Positions 1 through 8,107 of a stretch of DNA of 32,000 nt are shown here, piece by piece. The notes beneath the pieces are model-generated. The model had not been told where the DNA came from, ran no database searches, and saw nothing but the letters and a program-made list of their open reading frames with translations. Source of the stretch: Candidatus Saccharimonadota bacterium (GTDB lineage: Bacteria; Patescibacteriota; Microgenomatia; UBA1406; GWC2-37-13); the NCBI GenBank assembly GCA_016700135.1, contig CP065004.1, forward strand, positions 1,110,001 to 1,142,000, read 5' to 3'. The stretch's first letter is position 1, and every line of letters begins with the position of its first letter. A program made the position numbers and the translations under genes.

Positions 1-1239
1 CCAGGTATCGGTGTCGGACATGCGAATATAATCATGTCACCGAAAGAGATATCAAAAATCAAAAGCGGAGACATTCTGGTCGCGCCGCAAACAAATCCTG
101 ATTATGTTCCGGCAATGAAAAAAGCTGCGGCAATTGTCACCGAAAAGGGCGGCAGAACATCCCATGCCGCAATCGTTTCACGCGAATTAGGAATTCCGGC
201 TGTTGTTGGGGCGGAAGGAGCTACTAAAAAGATTAAGGATGATATGGTCATTTCTGTAAACGGGACGACGGGAGATATCTTCAAAGGAAGTATCGTGACC
301 AAATCACAGCTTGAGAAGCTCGAAGCAAAAAAGCATGCTGATGAAAAGAAAATAAAAACGATTACAAAAGTGTATACCAATCTTGCAGAGCCTGAGATTG
401 CAGATGAAACGGCGAAACTTGACGTGGATGGTGTGGGACTTTTGCGGGCAGAGTTTATGATTGCTGAGATCGGGACTCATCCGAGAGAATTTATCAAGCA
501 AAAACAGCAAAAGCTTTTTGTACGCAAACTGACCTCAGGACTTGAGAAATTTGCAAAAGCATTCAGTCCCCGACCGATTGTCTATCGTGCGACTGATTTC
601 AAAACAAACGAGTACCGTCATCTGAAAGGAGGATCGTTGTATGAACCGCATGAAGAAAATCCTATGATTGGATACCGCGGCGCTTCCAGATATATTGCCG
701 ATCCTGAAGTCTTCTCAATGGAACTTGATGCGCTCCAGGCAATTTGGGACAAAGGATATACCAATATTCACCTTATGATACCGTTTGTGCGTGTGCCGTG
801 GGAGATGGTTCGCATCCGTGAAATTATTCGTGATCACGGACTTTTGAATTATAAAGGATTCAAACTTTGGATGATGGTCGAGGTTCCTGCCGCGGCAATC
901 ATGCTTCAGGAATTTATTGATCTCGGGATAGACGGAGTATCGATCGGTACAAATGATCTGACAATGATGCTTCTTGGTGTAGATCGCGACAGTGCGGAAG
1001 TCTCAAACATTTATGATGAACGTCATCCGGCTGTCATTTCAATTCTTGAACACATTGTTGAGACCTGTGTTGATGCCGGGATTACCTGTTCAATCTGCGG
1101 GCAGGCCGCATCTGACTATCCTGAGATTGTTGAGTCTCTTGTAAGAAAAGGTATCACATCAGTCTCAGTTAATCCTGACGCTGTTCATCGTACGAGAGTA
1201 TTGATACATGACATCGAAAAGAAAATTCATGGTAAGTGA
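1..1239 (+). CDS. ppsA: Phosphoenolpyruvate synthase (pyruvate, water dikinase), C-terminal ~410 aa; the 5' end is outside the window
   Basis: The frame is open from base 1 (PGIGVGHANII precedes the first ATG at 34). It has the phosphohistidine swivel-domain motif GGRTSHAAIVSRELGIPAVVG, followed by PEP-utilising TIM-barrel motifs GVGLLRAEFMI, NPMIGYRG, MIPFV, GVSIGTNDLT and CGQA. Confidence 0.85.
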   Translation, partial: PGIGVGHANIIMSPKEISKIKSGDILVAPQTNPDYVPAMKKAAAIVTEKGGRTSHAAIVSRELGIPAVVGAEGATKKIKDDMVISVNGTTGDIFKGSIVTKSQLEKLEAKKHADEKKIKTITKVYTNLAEPEIADETAKLDVDGVGLLRAEFMIAEIGTHPREFIKQKQQKLFVRKLTSGLEKFAKAFSPRPIVYRATDFKTNEYRHLKGGSLYEPHEENPMIGYRGASRYIADPEVFSMELDALQAIWDKGYTNIHLMIPFVRVPWEMVRIREIIRDHGLLNYKGFKLWMMVEVPAAAIMLQEFIDLGIDGVSIGTNDLTMMLLGVDRDSAEVSNIYDERHPAVISILEHIVETCVDAGITCSICGQAASDYPEIVESLVRKGITSVSVNPDAVHRTRVLIHDIEKKIHGK

Positions 1240-1291
1240 TAGACATACTCTTAATCTTTAACAACCGCAGGGGTTGAGGTATACTTACATC

Positions 1292-1870
1292 ATGATCGGA
1301 AAGATAAAAGGTATCGTCTCTGAAATTGATGGTAATATTGCATTGGTAGAGACTGCTTCTGGACTTTTCTACAATGTATTTTTGACAAATGCTCTTCTTT
1401 CTGAATGCATGTCCGGTGATAAGATGGAAGTTTATACGTATCACCATATTCGTGAAGATGTCCAGTCTCTTTTTGGATTTCAAAATAAACAGGAATACAA
1501 GTTGTTTCTTCTTCTGATAAATGTCTCCGGAGTAGGCCCTAAATCAGCATATTCCATCATCTCAAACAGTAAAGTGGACGAGATAGTAGCAGCGGTCCGA
1601 TCAAATGATGCGAAGTACTTTACCCGCATTCCGGGACTTGGAAAAAAAACAGCCTTGAAAATCATGTTGGAACTATCGCAGAAATTTAAGTCTGAGTTTG
1701 TTTTGGAGAATAATTACGTTTCAAAAGAGGATCAGACGATTGTAGATGCTCTGACTTCTCTCGGTTTCGGTGCGACTGAAGCGAAAGAAATTCTTCCAAA
1801 ACTGTCTGATGAACTGTCTGTTGAAGAACAAATTAAAGAAGCAATACGATTACTTAGCAATCCGAACTAA
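1292..1870 (+). CDS. ruvA: Holliday junction branch-migration complex subunit RuvA
   Basis: The N-terminus MIGKIKGIV...ALVETASGLFYNV is typical of RuvA, and there are two helix-hairpin-helix motifs (INVSGVGPKSAYSII, FTRIPGLGKKTALKI). The ORF-track start at 1274 is a TTG. ATG 1292 matches the RuvA N-terminus and lies 6 nt after TATACT (1280-1285). Confidence 0.9.
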   Translation: MIGKIKGIVSEIDGNIALVETASGLFYNVFLTNALLSECMSGDKMEVYTYHHIREDVQSLFGFQNKQEYKLFLLLINVSGVGPKSAYSIISNSKVDEIVAAVRSNDAKYFTRIPGLGKKTALKIMLELSQKFKSEFVLENNYVSKEDQTIVDALTSLGFGATEAKEILPKLSDELSVEEQIKEAIRLLSNPN

Positions 1871-1918
1871 TCCTGGCGACCTTAAGCTAGTGGATACATC
1901 CTGTATAATGATACTACT

Positions 1919-2908
1919 ATGGCGAAATTGAATGATTTAGTGAGTTTGCGACCTGAAAGTCTAAGAGACTATGTTGGTCAGCAAAATGTTGTCAAAACAC
2001 TCCGATTATTTCTGGATGCGGTAAAAAACCGTGGTACCCCTGCAGAGCATATCCTTTTTTATGGGCCACCGGGTATCGGAAAAACAACACTCTCTCATAT
2101 TATTGCTCGTGAACTCAAAGGCACAATCCGTGTCACTTCAGGGGCTGCAATCACAAAAACCGGTGATTTGGCTGCAATTTTGACCAATCTGAAAGATAAT
2201 GATGTTTTGTTTGTAGATGAAATCCACAGACTTCCGAAACCTGTTGAGGAAATGCTGTATCCGGTGATTGAAGATTATTTTCTCGATATTGTGATCGGGA
2301 AAGGACCGTCTGCGCGAACGGTGCGTTTGCCTGTTCCGAAGATTACGGTGGTAGGGGCAACGACAAAACTTGCTCTCATCTCAGCCCCGATGCGTGACCG
2401 TTTCGGATTGTTGCTTCGCCTTGATTATTATACCGATCAGGATATGGTTGATATCATTATGAGATCGGCTGAACTTATGCATATCAAAATTACCAAAGGC
2501 GCAGCCTCTCAGATTGCCAAGCGTTCACGAAAAACCCCTCGTGTAGCTAATCGCATATTAAAACGTGCCCGAGATATTGTAGAAGTCGACGGACATGAGA
2601 TGATCGACGAAGATGTAGCTTTAAAGTTGTTTTCACTTTTGGAAATTGATGAAATGGGTTTGTCGGATATTGATATCCAGTATCTCCGCGTCATTGCAGA
2701 GCGTTTCCAAAACAGCCCGGTAGGGATTGAAACAATAGCCTCTTCCCTTGCGGAAGACAGAAGAACGATTGAAGAGTTTATTGAACCGTACTTATTGAGA
2801 ATCGGGTTTATTAAAAAAACTCCGCGCGGTCGGGTGGTGACACCGAAAGGATGTAAACATCTCAATATTGTGATTGATTCATCTGAGCAGCAAACAATAA
2901 TTGAATAA
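1919..2908 (+). CDS. ruvB: Holliday junction DNA helicase RuvB (AAA+ ATPase)
   Basis: Walker A GPPGIGKTT, Walker B VLFVDEIHRL, sensor region VGATT, RTPRVANRILKR and a C-terminal winged-helix region. The length (329 aa) is typical. TATAAT at 1904-1909 lies 9 nt before the ATG. Confidence 0.95.
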   Translation: MAKLNDLVSLRPESLRDYVGQQNVVKTLRLFLDAVKNRGTPAEHILFYGPPGIGKTTLSHIIARELKGTIRVTSGAAITKTGDLAAILTNLKDNDVLFVDEIHRLPKPVEEMLYPVIEDYFLDIVIGKGPSARTVRLPVPKITVVGATTKLALISAPMRDRFGLLLRLDYYTDQDMVDIIMRSAELMHIKITKGAASQIAKRSRKTPRVANRILKRARDIVEVDGHEMIDEDVALKLFSLLEIDEMGLSDIDIQYLRVIAERFQNSPVGIETIASSLAEDRRTIEEFIEPYLLRIGFIKKTPRGRVVTPKGCKHLNIVIDSSEQQTIIE

Positions 2909-4341
2909 TGTTATATTGGAGTATGGATGGAGAACCGCAATTCAAACCTGACTTAAAGAAGCCGCTTCTGAAAAGATCTGCGCTAGGACTTGCTGCTTTG
3001 GCGCTTTCAGCCACTGTCGGATTGACCGTCGATCATGTCACTGCACCATATAATCCTATTTTGGGAGGACCGAATAGATCAGAGTCAGCAATCGGTACAA
3101 AATTACTGGAAAAAACAGCTGAACTTCAACAAGATCATACGGAGAAAACCGGAAATCCAAAAGGCGGTATCTATGACCTTGTACACCTTGCCCCCCGCTT
3201 GTGGCACAGCGGGAACATTCCGCATTATTTAAAAGAGTTTTTGGGCGATAGATATACATCGGGTTTGCCTAGTTCAGCGGAGTTTTCTGAAGCGGTACAA
3301 GAATCAGAAAGCCCAGTGTTGCCTAAGTGGCTTGATACCGAAAGGTTTGATATCCAGTCATATGAAGCTGCAAACGGCGATCACATTGATACCCTAACAT
3401 TTAACTTAAAAGATGCTAAACCTCACCATTTGATACCCTGGCAGCGAACCGGCACGCTAACAGCACCGAATATCTACCTGGCCGATCCGAATCCCCTTTC
3501 TCGGAGTGACAATACATATACTCTAGGATCAAATCCGTACTTAGCACACTCTAACGGTGCTACTATTGAGCTTACATTTCCGAGTAATCAAACCGTCGTT
3601 TTTGGTGCAGGTTGGCATGAGGTCAGCCCACTCTATCGTTATGCAGACAAGGTTGAAGCAGAGAAAACCACGCAATATTACGGAAGAATTGATCCCAACA
3701 ATGATGCACAAGCTGCAACGGGTATTTATTCGATTCAAAATGGCTCTGTCACGATTCATCACGAATATGTCGGGCACCTTGATAGTGCGGATTATCCTCC
3801 ACAGTTTTTGTATATAGGAAATGGTACTGCCAGAATTTTGAAAGGAGCGCAACTTACGGATATACTAGAAAATCCCCCGTACGATGGCACTGTCACGCAG
3901 ATTGCTTATACCTTTGAATACTCAGATGAAGAACTGGAACTAATCAATGATGCAATGTACTCGTCCGAAGAAGAAAAAAAGCATGCATTAGATACTCTTC
4001 AAAAAAGTCTCGCTGATGATCTCACTCAACCGATCGATGTTACTTGGATGACTGTCGCAATAACAGAAGATGGAGATACGATTGTCAGCTTTGCTTTGAA
4101 CAGGGATACTGAAGCAGAGACAATAGAAGGTTCATATAAAGTTGTTGCATCAGTGAAAGACATCATTGAGAGTACAAAGAAACAGCCCGGATCTGTTCTT
4201 ACTCGCATGTTTACGGTACACCTTGGAGCACAAGGATCAACAGGTAATGTAATAATCACGAATGGTCAATCTTCAATCCCTGAAGGAGTAATAACCTATG
4301 AGACAATGCAGGAACTCATAAGCGATAAGCAGCGGGATTAG
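2908..4341 (+). CDS. Hypothetical membrane-anchored or exported protein (477 aa), no recognisable domain
   Basis: Long ORF with one N-terminal hydrophobic segment (SALGLAALALSATVGLTV) after a basic stretch. Its ATG overlaps the ruvB stop by 1 nt (TAATG at 2906-2910). No catalytic motif recognised. Confidence 0.65.
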   Translation: MLYWSMDGEPQFKPDLKKPLLKRSALGLAALALSATVGLTVDHVTAPYNPILGGPNRSESAIGTKLLEKTAELQQDHTEKTGNPKGGIYDLVHLAPRLWHSGNIPHYLKEFLGDRYTSGLPSSAEFSEAVQESESPVLPKWLDTERFDIQSYEAANGDHIDTLTFNLKDAKPHHLIPWQRTGTLTAPNIYLADPNPLSRSDNTYTLGSNPYLAHSNGATIELTFPSNQTVVFGAGWHEVSPLYRYADKVEAEKTTQYYGRIDPNNDAQAATGIYSIQNGSVTIHHEYVGHLDSADYPPQFLYIGNGTARILKGAQLTDILENPPYDGTVTQIAYTFEYSDEELELINDAMYSSEEEKKHALDTLQKSLADDLTQPIDVTWMTVAITEDGDTIVSFALNRDTEAETIEGSYKVVASVKDIIESTKKQPGSVLTRMFTVHLGAQGSTGNVIITNGQSSIPEGVITYETMQELISDKQRD

Positions 4342-4353
4342 TCTATCAACTTT

Positions 4354-4362
4354 TGTTATAAT
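4354..4362 (+). promoter_or_regulatory. Extended -10 promoter element TGtTATAAT upstream of tRNA-Leu(TAA)
   Basis: The sequence tTGtTATAATag runs from 4354 to 4362, and the tRNA starts at 4390. Confidence 0.5.
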
Positions 4363-4389
4363 AGAACCTGTTACTTTTGGAATATTTTT

Positions 4390-4473
4390 GCCGCGGTGGT
4401 GAAATGGCATACACGCTGGACTTAAAATCCAGTGCCTGAATAAGGCGTGAGAGTTCGACCCTCTCCCGCGGCA
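4390..4473 (+). tRNA. tRNA-Leu (anticodon TAA), type II with long variable arm, no encoded CCA
   Basis: Acceptor stem GCCGCGG/CCGCGGC with discriminator A. Anticodon stem-loop is ctgga-ctTAAaa-tccag, the long variable arm is tgcctgaataaggcgt, and the T arm is gagag-ttcgacc-ctctc. Confidence 0.9.
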
Positions 4474-4499
4474 CAGCAGTAGAATCTTCTTCACACAAT

Positions 4500-4508
4500 T
4501 GTTATAAT
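4500..4508 (+). promoter_or_regulatory. Extended -10 promoter element TGtTATAAT upstream of tRNA-Thr
   Basis: The same 9-mer TGTTATAAT as at 4354. It ends only 9 nt before the mature tRNA 5' end at 4518. Confidence 0.5.
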
Positions 4509-4517
4509 ACTTACTTA

Positions 4518-4590
4518 GCCGACTTAGCTCAGTGGTAGTAGCACCAATTTTGTAAATTGGGGGTCGTCGGTTCAAATCCGACAGTCGGCT
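4518..4590 (+). tRNA. tRNA-Thr (anticodon TGT), no encoded CCA
   Basis: Acceptor stem GCCGACT/AGTCGGC with discriminator T. Anticodon stem-loop is ccaat-ttTGTaa-attgg and the T arm is gtcgg-ttcaaat-ccgac. Confidence 0.85.
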
Positions 4591-4662
4591 CAAGAAAGCA
4601 TAAGGCTGTAGGCTGTAGATAGTAGAATAGAAATTTCAATATAGGTGAATATCTTTCTACAC

Positions 4663-4668
4663 TATAAT
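4663..4668 (+). promoter_or_regulatory. -10 hexamer TATAAT upstream of tRNA-Arg
   Basis: The sequence acacTATAATtac lies 34 nt upstream of the tRNA start at 4703. Confidence 0.4.
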
Positions 4669-4702
4669 TACAACCTACGACCTATCGCCTACGAGCAATT
4701 CA

Positions 4703-4776
4703 GACCCTGTAGCTCAATTGGATAGAGCAACTCCCTTCTAAGGAGTAGGTTGTGAGTTCGATTCTCGCCAGGGTCG
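4703..4776 (+). tRNA. tRNA-Arg (anticodon TCT), no encoded CCA
   Basis: Acceptor stem GACCCTG/CAGGGTC with discriminator G. Anticodon stem-loop is actcc-ctTCTaa-ggagt and the T arm is gtgag-ttcgatt-ctcgc. Confidence 0.9.
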
Positions 4777-4779
4777 CAT

Positions 4780-5187
4780 ATGCCACATACATTCCAACCG
4801 GTCATACTTGCTGTTATTGAACAGGACGGTAAATATCTCTTTACTAAACGAATTGATGATTTTCCTGATTACCACGGCAAATGGCAGCTTTCGGGCGGCG
4901 GCCTTGAATTCGGAGAAAATCCTGTTGAAGGTCTTCGTCGGGAACTCAGAGAAGAGCTTGGAGTTGAAGTTACTGATGTGAAGATAATTCCGTTTGTAGA
5001 TACCCGCGTCAGAAATGACTGGCAGGGAGTATTTATCTCATTTCACTGTCACCTTGAAAACCCGGACGCGGAGATTTATCTGAATGAAGAGGCTTCAGAG
5101 TATCGCTGGTTTGAGAAATCTGAGATTGACTACTCCCAATTCCCCATCTTCGAGGGATGTGTCGAGATAGTCCAAAAACTAGTGTAA
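4780..5187 (+). CDS. Nudix hydrolase (MutT-like, 135 aa)
   Basis: Complete Nudix box GGGLEFGENPVEGLRRELREELGV (GX5EX7REUXEEXGU). The ATG begins 3 nt after the tRNA-Arg discriminator base. Confidence 0.85.
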   Translation: MPHTFQPVILAVIEQDGKYLFTKRIDDFPDYHGKWQLSGGGLEFGENPVEGLRRELREELGVEVTDVKIIPFVDTRVRNDWQGVFISFHCHLENPDAEIYLNEEASEYRWFEKSEIDYSQFPIFEGCVEIVQKLV

Positions 5188-5242
5188 ACAACACAGATCT
5201 ATCATGATTGTTCCATAACTGTATCGCATGTACAATAACATA

Positions 5243-5957
5243 GGCTCTAGACTAGCACATTAACAATTTGTAATAGTTCATTGTAAAGGATCGATGGGGA
5301 TTTGCTCCATCTCCATTCACACTCTTTCAAGTGTAATGGAAAGTTTTTCTTTACACCATTGAACTTAACGAGACGTCTTTTACAAAAGGACCAGAATGAC
5401 TCTATGCCATTGATATGGACCCCTTTTGTATTTGAGAACTCATTTTTCTTGTGATTGATTCTCAAATGTTTGTCATACCCGACATCAACAAGTCCGTTGT
5501 ATCCGCTCCACGAATCTGAATATACAGTACTGTTCAAGTCAATCTTTCCCTTCATAACAGCATGTAGCGTTCTTCTTTTACAGTTTGGAATGATACGAGT
5601 AAATACACGTCCTTGACGCTCATATATCCCAAATACTACCTGCTTAAATGACGTCCCACGACCTCTTTTACTTGACTTGCCTCTCATCCTTCGAGGTCCA
5701 AAGTATGATTCATCAATTTCTATCTCACCACCAACATATCGTTGCATCTGGTGCACTTGGTGATGATATATGAGTTGACGAATATTATTGTAATATTTGT
5801 TGACTGTATTGCGGTTGAGACCCAAAATACCAGAGGTCTGTGTAGCACTCAGATCGTGTGCAAAACACCATAGTATCTTTTTTCTCTTGTATTTTGATAT
5901 CGGCCTATTGTTACAAACCATACCTCTAGTTTAGCACTACTCTGCTAGTCTAGAGCC
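5243..5957 (-). mobile_element. IS1595-family insertion sequence, copy A (715 bp)
   Basis: 15-bp perfect terminal inverted repeats GGCTCTAGACTAGCA (5243-5257) and TGCTAGTCTAGAGCC (5943-5957). It is flanked by the direct repeat TAACATA (5236-5242 and 5958-5964) and has a single transposase ORF. By eye it is identical to 15548-16262. Confidence 0.85.
5247..5921 (-). CDS. IS1595-family (ISXO2-like DDE) transposase, 224 aa
   Basis: Motifs EIDESYFG, RGRG...K..VFGIYER.G.V, SDSWSGY, HINGIESFW..KRRL and FPLHLKECEWR are typical of the DDE_Tnp_IS1595 domain. The N-terminal helix-turn-helix is SATQTSGILGLNRNTVNKY. Confidence 0.8.
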   Translation of the reverse strand: MVCNNRPISKYKRKKILWCFAHDLSATQTSGILGLNRNTVNKYYNNIRQLIYHHQVHQMQRYVGGEIEIDESYFGPRRMRGKSSKRGRGTSFKQVVFGIYERQGRVFTRIIPNCKRRTLHAVMKGKIDLNSTVYSDSWSGYNGLVDVGYDKHLRINHKKNEFSNTKGVHINGIESFWSFCKRRLVKFNGVKKNFPLHLKECEWRWSKSPSILYNELLQIVNVLV

Positions 5958-5983
5958 TAACATATACCAGTTAACTCACCAAT

Positions 5984-7972
5984 ATGGACCGAGAAGGAAT
6001 GTACGGCATAAAAAAACATACGCATCTTGTTCCTTCATCAGACGTAGGGCGATATCTAAATCCCGAACAATTAGCGGAAAATAATAAACCGCTCATCCTC
6101 GGTGATGTCGGGCCGCATTTCTACGCCGCTGCATCTCTCTATCCCACAACTCCGGAAGAGGGTTCATCCACAAATATTCTTGTATGGCCGAAAGAAATGG
6201 ATCCTGAAAATCCGATCGGACTTGAAGACGTATCACATGATGATATGTGGTCGCTGTCAGAGTATGCTTTAGGAATCCTTGATGTGTATCCGGACTCTGC
6301 CGTGACTTACGGCATAAGTGAAGATCCGAGAGGTATTACCGGGCAGACACGAAAAGCACTCGGTACAAGCATTCAGGCTTTCCATCTACATAACTACATT
6401 GACGTCAGAAAAGATCTGCAACTGCCTAAGTCCAAAGGAATATACCGATCAATCAGAGAACCTTTTCCGCAGTTTATAGCTTCAGCTTTCAAGCAATTTC
6501 TTGATCAAAATGGCGTAACTCTTGAGGGCTTCAGAACCGTTGAGTCTCGTGAGAAAAACAGTGTACTTGATCCATATGTAAACGTAGGCGGGATTGTATA
6601 CTCAAGTACCGATACTCAACCAGGGCCGTTGCGAACGGCTCATTTTGCTGATGCCATGTCATTGATACATACTACTTATTATGGCTTTCATGATGAGGTT
6701 ATGCGAATATTTTTCTCAAATTATGATGCGGTTCGTGACAGCAAATGGTCCCTCCCGTACGATCCCCGTGAACAGGCGGATATCGTCCGTGCAATAGAAA
6801 ACAGTCAATTTATCACAGACGGCAATCTGGCAAATTTTCTTATCAAAGCATCCGGAAGAGTTGTAAAATCGGATAGTGATGCTTTATCTTCTGATTTGAA
6901 AATCTTTCGTAGTCCGACATACTCCGTAGGTGCAGTTAAGAACGCAGACGGTGTTTTATGCCTTGCCGTAAATCCTCATTTTTACGCACAGCGGGCAGGG
7001 GGATTACAGACGCTTGGAATAGAAGTGGCTGAGCGCATACGACATGAAGATAAAGATCCTTATGAGGTAATCAGACAACGTACTGAGCGGGCCAAAAATG
7101 CTGATCTTCATATTCGGGAGTCACTGAAATCAGCTACTCTGGAAGCTGTAAGCTCTGAAGAAAGCAACTATGTTCTTCTTGAAGGGCATCCTATACAGAT
7201 TCTGAATAATATATCAGCTCAATTTGATGAAGAGACGGAGCAGCTCATATCTGAGGAAATGGAAAAGATTATCGCTGCAAAAAAAAGAAGCTTGCCTGAA
7301 GGCACCGCATTTTATAACGGACCTGCTTTTTTTCCGCATGTTATTCGAAAAGACGAGACAGGACAATTTCTTATTGAGGGATCGAATTACTCATCAGAAG
7401 GATATTTTCGGCATGTTGCTTTACGTGACTCGGAAGCAATTCACAGAGGGCTTACTGAGCGTGGTATAACAGCTCGGGCCGGACTGGCTGTATCAATCCT
7501 TGTTGAGGTGCAGTTTGACAACGGAGACAGAAAAATTGTCCTTACAAAAAGTGCACCGACTGAGTATGCGCCTCAGGGTGCAGCACAAATGCCGGGAGGT
7601 AGTTATCAGCAAAAATCTGACAGAATACATTTGCCGGATCCGGTTCTACTGGCACAGCAGGAGCTTGTCGAAGAAATGGGCTTATACACGGATGTGACTA
7701 GCATCGAACCGCTTGCTTACCTGACAGGTGCGGGAAAGACAAATCCCACTCTTATATACAAAACAGTTCTTGATGAAACTCAGTACCATGAAATGGCCAA
7801 CAATATCGCTGCCGGTATTGAACATGCTCATGTTGACAATGATAAAGCTCACGAGTTTGTCTTGATTGATATTGAGGAAGAAATACCTGAGAAAATAACC
7901 AACGGTGCCAGACGGGTACTTGAAGTTGTTGAAGATATTCGCAAAAAAGAAAGTGCCCGGGAGAGGACTTGA
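5984..7972 (+). CDS. Hypothetical 662-aa protein with an N-terminal HIT/GalT-like motif and a C-terminal Nudix-like box
   Basis: Residues ~64-138 resemble a HIT fold: NILVWPKE, then GITGQT...SIQAFHLHNY (H134-L-H136-N-Y at 6383-6397). The C-terminus has MPGGSYQQKSDRIHLPDPVLLAQQELVEEMGL (about 7589-7686), a Nudix-box-like ELxEExGL with an insertion and Q in place of R. The last 19 nt overlap the antisense tRNA-Leu. Confidence 0.6.
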   Translation: MDREGMYGIKKHTHLVPSSDVGRYLNPEQLAENNKPLILGDVGPHFYAAASLYPTTPEEGSSTNILVWPKEMDPENPIGLEDVSHDDMWSLSEYALGILDVYPDSAVTYGISEDPRGITGQTRKALGTSIQAFHLHNYIDVRKDLQLPKSKGIYRSIREPFPQFIASAFKQFLDQNGVTLEGFRTVESREKNSVLDPYVNVGGIVYSSTDTQPGPLRTAHFADAMSLIHTTYYGFHDEVMRIFFSNYDAVRDSKWSLPYDPREQADIVRAIENSQFITDGNLANFLIKASGRVVKSDSDALSSDLKIFRSPTYSVGAVKNADGVLCLAVNPHFYAQRAGGLQTLGIEVAERIRHEDKDPYEVIRQRTERAKNADLHIRESLKSATLEAVSSEESNYVLLEGHPIQILNNISAQFDEETEQLISEEMEKIIAAKKRSLPEGTAFYNGPAFFPHVIRKDETGQFLIEGSNYSSEGYFRHVALRDSEAIHRGLTERGITARAGLAVSILVEVQFDNGDRKIVLTKSAPTEYAPQGAAQMPGGSYQQKSDRIHLPDPVLLAQQELVEEMGLYTDVTSIEPLAYLTGAGKTNPTLIYKTVLDETQYHEMANNIAAGIEHAHVDNDKAHEFVLIDIEEEIPEKITNGARRVLEVVEDIRKKESARERT

Positions 7973-8035
7973 ACCTCCACATCTTGCGATACAGCCCCCT
8001 CAAGACTGCGCGTCTGCCAGTTCCGCCACCCGGGC
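7954..8035 (-). tRNA. tRNA-Leu (anticodon GAG), type II, no encoded CCA
   Basis: The reverse complement reads GCCCGGG-tg-gcggaactggcagacgc-g-cagtc-ttGAGgg-ggctg-tatcgcaagatgt-ggagg-ttcaagt-cctct-CCCGGGC-a, a clean cloverleaf with a long variable arm. Confidence 0.9.
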
Positions 8036-8081
8036 TCGATTAAGAGTAAAGTGCACGAGGAAGCGCACCTTACTGACCTAG

Positions 8082-8090
8082 ATTATATCA
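8082..8090 (-). promoter_or_regulatory. Possible extended -10 (TGaTATAAT) upstream of tRNA-Leu(GAG)
   Basis: The minus strand reads TGATATAAT. An imperfect hairpin (about 8046-8073) lies between it and the tRNA, so the hairpin could instead be the terminator of the upstream SBP gene. Confidence 0.3.
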
Positions 8091-8107
8091 AATATTTCCC
8101 CTTTTCA

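Noticed and set aside
4273-4593. 106-aa minus-strand ORF
   Set aside because: It lies antisense across tRNA-Leu(TAA) and tRNA-Thr and their promoters. The tRNA cloverleaves fully explain the sequence.
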